DNA of 64,000 nucleotides, taken from Rhizophagus irregularis (taxonomy: Eukaryota). The first letter of the stretch is position 1. The number at the start of each line of letters is the position of its first letter. The stretch spans positions 4,030,001-4,094,000 of the forward strand of contig NC_089429.1 in NCBI RefSeq assembly GCF_026210795.1, given 5' to 3'. Positions 1 through 11,313 of this stretch are shown here, piece after piece. The position numbers were made by a program, and so were the translations under genes. The notes beneath the pieces were generated by a model. It had not been told where the DNA came from and did no database searches. It saw only the letters and a program-made list of their open reading frames with translations.

Positions 1-157
1 CATAGTTGTCTTACCCGAGTCAGAACTTCCTGCTACGGCAAGACGGAAAGGCCATGATGGGGCAAACTCATTACCCTGTCTCGAGTCGGTCGTGTACTCG
101 TCCAAATTGTATACATAAAGATCCATTTGAATTTTATTCTATCTTAGTTTAAATACG

Positions 158-862
158 ATGTCGACACCAATTGCAATTTATACTCCTTCAGAGCCTACTG
201 GACCGCCTCCTAGGGATTTGCGTGATATGAATAATATACCATTAGTTGCGGTAATTAAGGATCTAACAGATTTTTTAACTGTCAGTGATCGCATGGTTGT
301 TAATCGAGATGTACAAAATGCAAACCATCGTCTTAAACATGCTCTTAATTTATTAATTCATCGCTGTAGAGAAACATACGAAGAACGCGATATATTAAAA
401 GCAGAACGTGATCGATCTCGAAAAGAACGTGATGAATTACAAGATGAACTCGAGGTTCAAACGGGTTTGTTAGGTCTTACACAAGATGAGCTAAATAACG
501 TACAAGATACTATTACTAGTTTAGAAGCTAATTTGGCTGAATTGGAACATGAGTTTGGTGGTATGCGGACGACTAATCGTCGTCTTCAGCAGCAATATAA
601 TCTTATGAGAGGAGAACGTAATAGAGCTATAGGTGAACGTAATAGAGCTATAGGCGAGCGTGATGTGGCACGAAATCGGCTTGTATATGCCAATAATCGG
701 GTTCTTTTTGGAATTCGGACATTGGGACGTCTTAGGAATCGACTTTTCCAACAAATAGCCGCTCTGCGTATCCAAGTACAATGGTTTCGGATTAGACAAT
801 TGAACCCTCCTCCACCTCCTCTCAACCATCCACAAAATACGATATGGCTGCCGTTGGTATAG
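158..862 (+). CDS. Coiled-coil protein, probably the N-terminal part of a frameshifted Gag
   Basis: Heptad-rich ORF with ERNRAIG repeats; ends in PPPPP and overlaps the start of the Gag-like ORF at 844. Confidence 0.55.
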   Translation: MSTPIAIYTPSEPTGPPPRDLRDMNNIPLVAVIKDLTDFLTVSDRMVVNRDVQNANHRLKHALNLLIHRCRETYEERDILKAERDRSRKERDELQDELEVQTGLLGLTQDELNNVQDTITSLEANLAELEHEFGGMRTTNRRLQQQYNLMRGERNRAIGERNRAIGERDVARNRLVYANNRVLFGIRTLGRLRNRLFQQIAALRIQVQWFRIRQLNPPPPPLNHPQNTIWLPLV

Positions 863-2064
863 CTGCCCCCATATTTCATGGTCGGGAAGATGAAGATCTT
901 AATCTTTTTATTGATAACTTTTTAGGGTATATTAATACCGTTGGTATTGATCCATTGGACGATGCCGGTGCGCCTCCGGGTCGGGTGCGAGCAATGGGGG
1001 TTCTTCGTAGCTGTATGAGAGATGAAGCGGCGAGGTGGTTTGATGCAGAACTTACTGGAAAAAATTGGGAACTCTCGAATATTCGGTTAGTGGCTACTGC
1101 AAATGGTGGAGCCGGTGCTACTCGCCGAGCGTTCAGAGCTTTAGCTGTTCCTGAGGTTGCTAATGGATTACATGTTGTACTACTTACTCCCGGGTCTGAT
1201 GCTGATGTATATTCAAGGGTTGCAGGTAATGCGGCGAGAACCGTTGGAGAAACATTTTTCCCATCACGCGCTGATATCGTTAGAACGAATTTTAAAGTTG
1301 AAGAGCAGTGGAGGCGTGCGGGCGGACGTCCTACTCATCAACCCGTTAATGGGTTGGGAGATCATGGAGGTCCATTCAATGCTGCTGCCCAGAATCAACC
1401 GATAGTCTTACAGGGGATTCTCCTGGATCAAGCATTTATGCATATGCGCACAAATTTTCCAACCGTCGTGGAAGAAAGACTTCAAATACGATTTAGTAAC
1501 CTTTACCAGGAACAAGGTGAACCTGTTCGATCTTACTATAAGCGAGTTGAGAGGGCTGGGGATATTGTAGGATATAATCGAATTATGGTTACTGACCAGT
1601 TCTATAGAGGACTTTTGCCGGAAAACGTTATTGAAGCTTCCAGAATCGGGGCGGCACCTCTTAATATATTAATCGATAGATTGAGTGATCTTGAGCGACG
1701 AAAGGGCGAAATGTTCTATGGATTACAAAGGCGTCAGGGTATTGAAAAAGCTAAAAAAGAGGAATTGGCTGGCTATACTCATCCCGTGACTCCACATGAA
1801 GGTGCTGTAATACAAAGGTCAACAGACGTTATTACTCAAGAACGATTACAAGAATTGCTCCAGCCGCAGCCGAGGAACTTACCAAGAACTTCCAGGCACA
1901 ATTTAAACAATTACAAGCATCTAAGCCAGTTCGTAAACCACCGGTCTATAGACAACAGATTAAACCTATTCGGCCGAAGCCACGGCCACGCGTTGTTCAG
2001 GATCATCAGGATCCGCGATTGGGATGATGGTTATGTAGATCATGATGTTGGTGATGACCCCTGA
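844..2064 (+). CDS. gag: Ty3/Gypsy-like Gag capsid domain (frameshifted near 1860)
   Basis: PIFHGREDEDLNLFIDNF, SCMRDEAARWF, LYQEQGEPVRSY and DQFYRGL align by eye with PLFYGKEDENVNDWVRQF, AHLRGAASQWY, IRQGKNENVEEY and DYYIDGL in the Gag of the LTR element later in the window. Confidence 0.75.
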   Translation: MAAVGIAAPIFHGREDEDLNLFIDNFLGYINTVGIDPLDDAGAPPGRVRAMGVLRSCMRDEAARWFDAELTGKNWELSNIRLVATANGGAGATRRAFRALAVPEVANGLHVVLLTPGSDADVYSRVAGNAARTVGETFFPSRADIVRTNFKVEEQWRRAGGRPTHQPVNGLGDHGGPFNAAAQNQPIVLQGILLDQAFMHMRTNFPTVVEERLQIRFSNLYQEQGEPVRSYYKRVERAGDIVGYNRIMVTDQFYRGLLPENVIEASRIGAAPLNILIDRLSDLERRKGEMFYGLQRRQGIEKAKKEELAGYTHPVTPHEGAVIQRSTDVITQERLQELLQPQPRNLPRTSRHNLNNYKHLSQFVNHRSIDNRLNLFGRSHGHALFRIIRIRDWDDGYVDHDVGDDP

Positions 2065-2332
2065 TGCTCCTGAATGGACTAGTGATGATGATCAACATGT
2101 TATTGATCTTATTATGGGATATGAGACGTCTAAAAGATTTCCAAAGCGACTTCAGAAGGCTAAAGATAGACGCGATGATTTGGAATTAGCCCGAGCAATG
2201 AGAAACCTCGATCTTAATGATGATGCTATGGATATTGATACTAATACCGCGAGTTTTGATGACTTGAAAATTGTTCCTGATGAGGAAGGTGGTTTTCGGA
2301 TTTGTGCGGTTCGAAGTACAAAAAAAAAGTAA
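2042..2332 (+). CDS. Gag C-terminal fragment
   Basis: AMDID motif typical of Gag C-termini; ends in an A-run (AAA AAA AAG TAA) overlapping the protease frame. Confidence 0.55.
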   Translation: MMLVMTPDAPEWTSDDDQHVIDLIMGYETSKRFPKRLQKAKDRRDDLELARAMRNLDLNDDAMDIDTNTASFDDLKIVPDEEGGFRICAVRSTKKK

Positions 2333-3051
2333 ACTCGGATAAGGGTGTAAGTATCTCGAAACTTCTTAAATCTGTTCCAAAAAAATCAGTTAAAATGACT
2401 CCTATTAAGATTCCTGTGAAGGTTACTAGTAGTAAGCCCACACTTATAAAAGCCGTCACCAAAAATGATTCATTAAGTTTATTAAGGTCTGCAGATTTTA
2501 GAAAATTACTCCGCGAGATTCTTCGGGAAGAATTAAAGTCTGCTCGTAAAAGTACGGAGATTCCGGAAGACCTAGTTGAGGAAAAACAAGAAGAGGATAT
2601 CAGGGAAGATGATCCGATGGATATTGACATAGCTCGTTTGGAGAATACTAAAGATCTTTTAGCGCTGGATGGGGAGGTCAATGGGATAGCAATTCAGTGT
2701 TTAGCAGACACTTGTGCTAACGCGTCTTTTATTCAGAGGGAAGCCGCTGAAGAATTAGGGTTGAATATCGACAAGAGTATTACACATAACATATCCGGCG
2801 CTCCGGGTTCTGGTAGGACATTCGGCATGGTAAAAGGTGTGTCAATCAAACTAACCCCTGATTGTGTAATCACTGAGAATCTCGCGGTTTTAAGCGATTA
2901 CAAGCATAGGGAGATTGGATTGAGCCGGACGTGTCTGAAACGTTACAATTATGATGTCCATGAATCACGTGAACATATCGCCCTTACTTGTAATGAGAAG
3001 AATGTTTTTATCCCGATAGTTTCTGACGTGAATCGAGGAGACAAAAAATAG
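2302..3051 (+). CDS. Retropepsin-like aspartic protease
   Basis: GEVNGIAIQCLADTCANASFIQREAAEELGL...ISGAPG...IGLSRTCLKRY matches the retropepsin pattern; DTC replaces DTG. Confidence 0.8.
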   Translation: MCGSKYKKKVNSDKGVSISKLLKSVPKKSVKMTPIKIPVKVTSSKPTLIKAVTKNDSLSLLRSADFRKLLREILREELKSARKSTEIPEDLVEEKQEEDIREDDPMDIDIARLENTKDLLALDGEVNGIAIQCLADTCANASFIQREAAEELGLNIDKSITHNISGAPGSGRTFGMVKGVSIKLTPDCVITENLAVLSDYKHREIGLSRTCLKRYNYDVHESREHIALTCNEKNVFIPIVSDVNRGDKK

Positions 3052-3065
3052 GGAATATTTATTTT

Positions 3066-4157
3066 TTATTCCCAAAACTTGCGGATTAAGGCAGGGACAT
3101 CCTCCTCCAACCGGTCAGCGGGTTCCCAAGTGGCTTCGGTATCTGGGTATCGTTCCCACTTGACTAGATACTGGTCTCGACCCTTCCTGATGCGATGCCG
3201 GAGTATCCGCTCAGGTACAAATCTTTCGGGTTGCCCTCTTATCACGGAGTCAGGTGGGGGATATTCATTTTCTGGAACAATCTGCAACTCTTTTCGGGTG
3301 TACGCACATCTGGATACACCTAGTCGCCCGTGTGGTCCAAAGAAGATACGTAGGAGGTTGTTCGGGTGAGAGTATCATTTTTTTGATGACACGAATATTG
3401 GGATTCCATCTTATGTCACCTGTACGAAATTTTCCATGAAGTTTATTACCGAGTACTGAGATAGGTTCATCTAACTTTACTTTCGGACACGCGTTCCTTC
3501 AGAGAGAAGGTCCGTCTTTTTTGACACTTTTGGTGATCCAGTCGGAATGTCTGGGGGATTTCTTTGCCAGATTTCATCTATTTTACTAACCACATCATGG
3601 AAATCTTCTGACCATTCCACGGATGTCACCCCGGTCTTCAACTCCTGTGCTACCATTCGTTTGAGAAGGGGTTCTTGAATAGCTTGGATAGCTCGTTCAG
3701 CGTATGATTGCTGTTTGTGTCTTCCCGGTTCTCCAAACCTCATCATCACCCCTAGGCTGTTCAGGAAAAAATCACGTACCTGATCATTGGTGAATTCTGA
3801 TCCAGAGTCTGTCTCTATTCGATGTGTTGGTGGCTTAATGCGATTTCTTCTGTAGATTTTAACAAATCCATTGAGAACCCTATTTGCAGTTTTATCCTTT
3901 AGGGGTTCTGCGTCGACTCGTTTACCCGCGACTTCCACCAATACGAGGAAATAGTGGAATCCTTTGGGGTCGACTGGCATCTCTGCGAGATCTGCCTGAT
4001 GCGTCGCATTTGGTTTCCATACAACTACTCGTGGACGCTCTGATGACTTCTCCTTTAGGGGCTTTTTGTATAGGTTGTAGTGCTCCTCACCTTTTAGAAT
4101 TCGTGCTGGTACTCCGGAGAGATTGTAGTATTTGTAGTAATTCTCTAATTGCGACAT
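3066..4157 (-). CDS. Maverick/Polinton-type DDE integrase with C-terminal chromodomain (frameshifts near 3480 and 3340)
   Basis: PNATHQADL, ETDSGSEF and YAERAIQAI give the DDE triad. After frame correction it continues KFRTGDIRW...PEQPPTYLL...YTRKELQIVP, then chromodomain ERILRHRIRKGRDQYLVKWERYPDTEATWEP. No HHCC domain. Confidence 0.85.
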
Positions 4158-4201
4158 ATTACGACAAATTAAAGGAAAGATTTTGGACTTCAAATCTTAA
4201 A

Positions 4202-4534
4202 ATGACACGATTTTACTGCCTAAAGTGTAAGAAGGAAACCGAGACTGCTAGTGAAATACAAGATATGACCACAAATGGGCGTTACCGGCTGCATGGCGAT
4301 TGCACAGTTTGTGGTATGCATATGAATACTTTTACTGGGATAGACTGGGTTATCAAAAAGAAAACCAAGGAGAAGAAAAAAGAAACTGCGGCTAAAAGAC
4401 ATCAGACGGCGTACAATCGGCAATGCAAAAAACTCGGGCAGAAAATCTTAGATTCTGATGACACGTGTAAGCAGTGTATTGATAAATGCCTTAAGGAGGC
4501 AAAAAGAGGAAGACGGATTAGTACCGCCTTCTAA
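4202..4534 (+). CDS. DUF5679-like Zn-ribbon protein
   Basis: MTRFYCLKCKKETET...TTNGRYRLHGDCTVCG pattern; ATG at 4202, divergent from the integrase start at 4157. Confidence 0.7.
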   Translation: MTRFYCLKCKKETETASEIQDMTTNGRYRLHGDCTVCGMHMNTFTGIDWVIKKKTKEKKKETAAKRHQTAYNRQCKKLGQKILDSDDTCKQCIDKCLKEAKRGRRISTAF

Positions 4535-5046
4535 AAGTATTCCTCATCATCCGAGTCATCGAGAGATACCTCTCCATCATCTGATTCATCGTCCGAGTCA
4601 TCAAGAGTGCGGCCTTCCTTAAGCAATTGGATGTTGTACGTTATTTGAGTCCATTTCTCCCAGTCGGACTCTTGCGTTATAAAGCCACATCTGAGAAGAG
4701 CTCTTTCTACTGCCACCATTCCTGCGAACCTAGTGTATTTTTTCTGATCGGCTTCATTGAAATTGCCAATGGCCTCCCTGTAGTAGTCTACTGCCTGTTT
4801 GTATACCTCCTCAGCTTCTTTATATCGCTTCCACAACTCGGCTTTACAACCGTTGTACCAGAGTCTGTTTATCTTGAGATGTTTTCCGAATTCTTTGATC
4901 GGAAGGTTTCTGACCATCTCTCTTACTATGTCCGGGTCGTTGAAGGGCGAAGCCTGCATTTGGATCCATTTACGGATTCCATAGATGTCTACAAGATCGA
5001 GACCAAGATCTTCGGCAAGAGAAGTGGCGGCGTGTAAGTTTATCAT
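4531..5046 (-). CDS. Hypothetical protein with acidic tail
   Basis: Clean 171-aa ORF whose stop overlaps the stop of the convergent Zn-ribbon ORF. Confidence 0.55.
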   Translation of the reverse strand: MINLHAATSLAEDLGLDLVDIYGIRKWIQMQASPFNDPDIVREMVRNLPIKEFGKHLKINRLWYNGCKAELWKRYKEAEEVYKQAVDYYREAIGNFNEADQKKYTRFAGMVAVERALLRCGFITQESDWEKWTQITYNIQLLKEGRTLDDSDDESDDGEVSLDDSDDEEYF

Positions 5047-5225
5047 TGTATGTTACTTATAGTTACCTAATCTTCAATTGCCGAATGTATTTTTTCCAAA
5101 GATCCGCGCTTCTACCCGGTTATCTCTCTGTGGCTTTACAGACCTTCTAGGGGCTATTAACCTACCTGTTTACTCGGTTTGCTATCTCACTGCTTCCGAC
5201 AGATGAATAGACTGAATCCTGATCA

Positions 5226-5445
5226 TATGACAGATCTATGACAGAATGACAGATCTGGGGGGGTAAAATCAAAACTTTTTTCTGGGAGTATCACCTCTCC
5301 CGATTTTTCTGAAACATCTGTCATATCCGTCATATCTGTCATACCCCTCTGATTCTATCGTATTTTCCTCTCTTTTCCCTTATTTCATTCTTTTTTAGTA
5401 TATTATTATATGACAGATGTTAATGACAGATAGTGACAGATATAG
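5226..5445. repeat. Iteron-like TGACAGA repeats (3 forward, 3 inverted, 3 forward)
   Basis: atgacagatctatgacagaatgacagat ... atctgtcatatccgtcatatctgtcat ... atgacagatgttaatgacagatagtgacagat. Confidence 0.8.
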
Positions 5446-5539
5446 GGGATTCCTACCCCACGGAGGGGAGATGTAGGTACTGCGAGGCCCCTGGCCGAGG
5501 TGGGTTGAGCGTAGCGAGACACACTACCAGCCCGACGAC

Positions 5540-7338
5540 AGTCTGCCTCCTATACTGTTTGCCGTCGTGCATAGTGTGTTATAGGAAAAGGCGGACTTGA
5601 ATTATATAGGTGTAAGCTTATGTTATATAGGCGTAAAGCTTATATAATTAACGCAATGAAAATCCTTTAATCAAAGGTTAAAATAGGCATGATGGGATAT
5701 TCTCATATATCATGAGCTCTGTCTGTTCGAAGTGTCGTTTTATATATAATTAAGTAGGCTTAAGTTGTAAGTAACTTTTTTATAACATTGATTATTGGAG
5801 AATGGAGAATTAAGTGGCAAAAATAATTTTTAGTTTGTAAGACTTTAACTCCATACCAACTTGTGTGTGTTTGGCGTATATTTTATTCCCTAACCCTTAG
5901 ACCCACTCGTGGGTTGGTAGGTTGCTTTGCACTTCTTGCAGCCTATCTTTAATGGGTTTTAGGTCCACGTTTGCCCATTTAAAATTTATTAAACAGGATG
6001 TCATTCGTCTAAACACATTGCAACGTTTGTTGATGAAGCTATAATTGTCTAATAAAAGTTCGCTTTGCCAGGCAATTTATGGTGGATTCAATGGATCAAA
6101 TTACAAACAACAATAATGCAGTCATATGAGAATTCCAGGCCAAAGAATAAGGGTGAATTGTCAAAGTTGAAAATATATTTGTATTTTTTTTTTAAAGCCG
6201 TCATTCTCATGAACTTTTTCATTGTATCCCTAAGTTCAATGATTTTGGTAATAATGAAACTGCAGTTGTTTACAGGGGTTTCCCGCCAAACTTCTGAGGT
6301 GAATTTATGTCTGGTGTTTTCGAATCTACTTATCCTTTTTGCAATAGAGTCATAGCGAGTCTTCTTAAAGCGTACCTGTGACATCCCATCCAATTTGGGC
6401 AGTGTCGCTGAATCTAAAGCAAGGTACCCGGTTAATCCTCAACTTTGGGTTGATGAGTTATGATTCTGGAGTATTAAGGCATAATGTTTTGACTTACATT
6501 ACCAATTTAACTCATAATTCTAATTTATTGAATTAGTTTATTATAGATTTATTGATATTTTTTTTTATCTGTTATATAATATTTAAACTAATGTATACTT
6601 TATCTGTAATTAAAATTGTTATTGTAATAAATAATCGGTAACTTAAATCTATTGAAATTAACTTTTAAATTAGATTACAAATTATTAAAATATTATAAAA
6701 TTGAATTTAACGATATTTGATTGATTTGATATTTTTAAAGGTAAATTCAATATTTATAGATAATATCATTTTGATATTATTTTGATACTGAATTAATATT
6801 AAAATAATATTATATTGATATTGCATTTATTAAAAAAAAATCATTATTGTTATAACAATATCAAAATGATATCGTTTCGTTATATCAAAACGATATCATA
6901 TTAATATCGTATTTACTTTCTATTTTTCATTATTGTTATAACAATATCGAAATATCGAAATGATATCGATTTGATGTTTCGTCAATATCGTTATGATGTC
7001 GATTAGATAATTATAAAGTGATATCTTTACAATATCATATTGATATTGAATTAATGTTGGAACGATATCATATTAATATCATATTTACTTTCTATTTTTC
7101 ATTATTGTTATAACAATATCGAAATGATATCGATTTGATGTTTCGTCAATATCGTTATGATGTCGATTAGATAATTATAAAGTGATATCTTTACGATATC
7201 ATATTGATATTGAATTAATGTTGGAACGATATCATATTAATATCGTATTTACTTTCTATTTTTCATTATTGTTATAACAATATCGAAATGATATCAATTT
7301 GATGTTTCGTCAATATCGTTATGATGTCGATTAGATAA
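5540..7338 (-). repeat. Inverted copy of ~12170-13961 (arm of a sibling DNA transposon), including a 164-bp GATATC-rich tandem array
   Basis: 5540 agtctgcctcctata... is the reverse complement of ...tataggaggcagact 13961; mirrored ORFs 6088-6393(-) and 13115-13420(+). Confidence 0.9.
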
Positions 7339-7717
7339 CATCACGAAGTTGATCAAATGTTAGACATGTATTCATCAAACACAAATTATTTAATAAATGC
7401 TTAAATTTTGTATTTACTGAATGCTTAATGTTTTATGAATACCTATTTGTATTTAAAATCAGTATTTAGTTATCATTATAATAGATTACAAATTAAATAT
7501 TTATCATTAAATACTTTATAATTGCTGCTTTAACAAAACGCTTAAAAAATATTTTAGATTAATACTTATTAATTGCTATGAAAAAAAATACCAATTAAGC
7601 ATTTGAATTTATCATTAAAAAGGTATAAAATATGGGCATTTAAATTTTATTATTTTTTATATTAAGCCTTAGAGGCTTTTCATAAGTACCTTTAGTATAA
7701 TAATATAAACTTTGACT

Positions 7718-8742
7718 TAGTGCTTCGAACAGGTCAGGTGATTTCAGGTGACCTGATCAGGTTGTCCTGAAATAATAATGAAAGCTTCAACCTGACCTGG
7801 TTGACCTGTTAACCTGAAAATAAAAAACATAGTTTTTCATTTTTTATTTATTAAAAATGCCAGTTTATGGCATTTTTCATATTTATTTATGAAAAAAACG
7901 CCATTCTGGCGTTTTTTCACTTTTATTTCTTTTATTTACAAAAAATGCTGGTTTATGGCATTTTTTCACATTTATTTATGAGAAAAAACGCCATTCCGGC
8001 ATTTTTTCACTTTTATTTATAAGAAATGCCAGTTTATGGCATTTTTCTCATATTTATTTATGAAAAATGCTGGTTTATGGCATTTTTTATCATATTTATT
8101 TATGAAAAATACCGGTTTATGGCATTTTTTTCATATTTATTTATGAAAAAAATGCCATTCTGGCATTTTTCACTTTTTTTTATAAAAAATGCCGATTTAT
8201 GGCATTTTTTTCATATTCATTTATAAAAAAAATGCCATTCTGGCGTTTTTTCACATTTTTTAATGAAAAATGCCAGGCCGTGACATTTTTTCATAATTAT
8301 TTATGAAAAAAAATGCCATTCTGGCATTTTTTCACTTCTATTTATGAAAAATGCCGGCTTATGGCATTTTCATTATTTTTTATGAAAAAAAAAGCCATTC
8401 TGGCGTTTTTTCACTTCTATTTTGAAAAATGCCAGCTTATGGCATTTTCATTATTTTTTATGAAAAAAAAAATGCCATTCCAGCGTTTTTTAACTTTAAT
8501 ACCAGTTTATGGCATTTTTTTCACTTTTATTTATGAAAAATGCCAGTTTGTGGCATTTTTTCATTATTTTTTATGAAAAAAAGCCAATCGGCGTTTTTTC
8601 ACTTTTTATTTATGAATAATTACCCATCCTGAAAAAATCAGATTAACCAACTGACCTGACCTATTCAGGTCAAAGGTTCGGTACAGGTCACCTGATCTGA
8701 TTCAACCTGAAAAAAAGTTTCGCCAGTTGACCCGATCTGAAG
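7718..8742. mobile_element. Degenerate hAT-like MITE with internal tandem palindromic repeats
   Basis: Starts tagtgcttcgaacaggtcagg, same style as the 59827-60912 element; internal aaaaatgcc...ggcattttt repeats at 7850-8620; right end eroded. Confidence 0.55.
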
Positions 8743-9647
8743 GAAAAATGTCTTAATTCCTAAAATTAGTGACGAGAATCATGTGATATAGATTATCAAA
8801 TTGATAATTTTTTTTTTTCCAACGAAGTTTCACCTTTTCCATTTTTTCTTCACCGAATTTCTTATAAGCTTATTTATCAGGATTTACATTACATTTCCTT
8901 TTCCCATTTTCCTTCCCTTCGTTTTCTTTTTTTTGTTCTTTTTTTTATTCTCTCCATTTCCATTTCCTTCATTCTTTTTCTTCTTCAAATTCGTTCTTTC
9001 CTCTTTTTCATCCTTCCCCACTTCTGTTTAAAAAAAAAGTTAAAATCACCTACAAAAAAAATCCAAAATTCTTTTTTTAGATGGTTATTTCGGTCTCCCC
9101 GGACACAACATTTCCGGTAAACTATTTTTTTCTTCAATTATATTTATTTTAACAAGCTAGTTTCTAATGGCTCATTTTTTTAATTTTTTTTAGACGGTTT
9201 TGTTCTTTTTTTGTATATTTAGATGCGTGGAAATTCAGTTTCATTTTTTCTTTTTTTAAACAGTTCTTTAGTTTCTTTTGACATGTAAGTTTTCGGTATA
9301 TTTTTTTTTATTTTCCTTAATTTAACTACTCTGACGAACTGTTATTAACAGTTCACTTTTTTTTCTTTTTTAGGGCTCTTCAAATTTTTGTCACATTTCT
9401 TTAGGAATTCGGTAAGTCTTAATTTTTTTTACTAAATTTTTTATTTTTAACGAACTATACTAATAGTTCATTTCTTTTTCTTTTTTAGGCAGATCTTTCT
9501 AGTTTCTGGAGTTTAGATGGCTTGGATTTGAGTACTTGAATTTGGTAAGAGAGGGGCTATTTTTTATAATTCTTTAATGAAATGTTTACTAACGTTTCAT
9601 TTATCTTTCTCTTTTTAGACAGCTTCTTTTTCTTCAAGTCTTTATAC

Positions 9648-9890
9648 TAAGGTTGCTTGTTTAAACCTCTTCAAAATCCTACGATTAGTTTCATCAAAAT
9701 TTTACTATAGATTTATTATAGTTTCGGCAGAGTTTCAGCAGTTTTGGCATTTATAATAAGTTTTGGCAGTTTCGCCTTTCTCCAAAGTTTCACCAGTTTT
9801 TAATATAACTTTAATATAGTTTCGGCAGAATTTCGCTTTTCGGGAAAACGCCATCTTGCCTAAACCCCTAGGTTTTGGCAAGCAACCTTA
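9648..9890 (+). mobile_element. hAT-type MITE (TAAGGTTGCTTG family), copy 1
   Basis: TIR taaggttgcttg/caagcaacctta; 8-bp TSD ctttatac. Confidence 0.92.
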
Positions 9891-10934
9891 CTTTATACGC
9901 GCAGATTATGGTATATATATTTTTTTTTTGTTTTTTAAACATTTTTATTATAACGAAATGTTAACCTAACAATTTCATTTTTTTATTTTTTTAGGCAGGT
10001 CTTCGGCTCTTTGGACATGACATTTCAGTAAGTAATTTTTTTCTTTTATTTATTTTAACGAAACGTTTATTAACATTTTGTCTTATTTCTTTTTTTTTAG
10101 TCAGCTTCTTTAAAACTTCTTTGACGTGGATTCGTAAGTTTTTTTCTTTTTTTTCTTTTATTTATTTTAACAAAACGTTTACTAACGTTTCATTATTTTT
10201 CTTTTTTTAGACGGATCTTGGATTCTGGTAAGAAACCAGAAGAAAATTTTTTAATTTTATTATTTAATGAACCATCTTTAATGTTTCGTTATCTTCCTTT
10301 TTTAGACAGCTTGCTCTTCAGACTTGGATGGCATGCATTATTTGAATGAAATCATTTTGTTACAATCTGTGACTAAAAATGATGAAAATCAAGATGGGAT
10401 AATAGAAAACGCATTGGATTAGGTGAGCTATTTTTTCGCTATTATTTGTTTTAACGAAACGAATGAAATGTATTCTAATGTTTCATTCTTTCTTTTTTTA
10501 GATGGACCTGGACATGTGAGATTTCGGTAATTGTTTTTCTTTAAAATTTTTTTTTAACAAAACGTTTGCTAACATTTTGGTTTCTCTTTTTTCTTTTTTT
10601 TTAGGCAACTGGTTCTCTGGTTCTCTATCGGGAATTTTAATAAAGATATGGATAATAATAAACATAATAATACACTTGAAAGTGAAAAACAGGTCCATCC
10701 TACTTCTCGTACTTCATCTAATAGTAATACATCAAATAAATAGATAGCTACATTGATTCCAATGGGTTTTTTTTTTATTTTTATGAAACGTTTATTAATG
10801 TTTCATTATTTTTTTTTTAAACGGAACTTGGATTCTGATTCTCCAGGTCTGAACACGTTGGATTTAGGTACTTCTACTTCAGTAAGTATTGGAGTTTCTT
10901 TGATTTATTTCTTTAATGAAACGTCTTACTAACG

Positions 10935-11313
10935 TAGAGTTCCAATCCGTCATCCGACGGATGATCAATCTCTTCTCATTTATTTTTGGAAAGAGACATT
11001 TATGTTTCATAATTTATAATTTAGGAACTGCATTCGATGTAAGGTGATCAGACTATGCATTATTTAATTAATTGAACATAAAATAAATGGGGTGAAATCT
11101 TAGTCGGATTGAAATTTTCATCCGTCAGATGATATTTTAATCCGTTCCTAATTTCTCCTCACTTTCATTTTTGAAAAAAAAGTTTATTTATTAAATTATA
11201 TACTGTATTATGCTCTTAGGATATCCTTAAAAAAAAATGCTCTTTTATATTAATTAAATGAGCGTACAACTGTCAAAATGTGATTATCCGTCAGATGACG
11301 GATTGGAACTCTA
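10935..11313. mobile_element. hAT-type MITE
   Basis: TIR tagagttccaatccgtcatc/gatgacggattggaactcta; 8-bp TSD tactaacg. Confidence 0.92.

Larger units (their letters stand above)
1..5539. mobile_element. Maverick/Polinton-related integrase-bearing element with Gag and retropepsin genes (left end outside window)
   Basis: Visibly higher GC than flanks; intronless, tightly packed, convergent and divergent ORFs; Polinton-type integrase, DUF5679-like ORF, Gag, protease; abrupt switch to AT-rich repeat at 5540. Confidence 0.65.

Noticed and set aside
3051..3073. gggaata...tattccc hairpin between convergent stops, like giant-virus terminators
   Set aside because: Only a 7-bp stem and a single instance; too weak.
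6065..6393. ORFs 6065-6355 and 6088-6393, mirrored at 13115-13443
   Set aside because: Short, no recognisable motif, present twice only because of the inverted duplication.
8026..9031. Phe-rich ORFs that look like membrane proteins (also 24893-26273 and 52530-53153)
   Set aside because: Translations of poly-T/poly-A repeat tracts.
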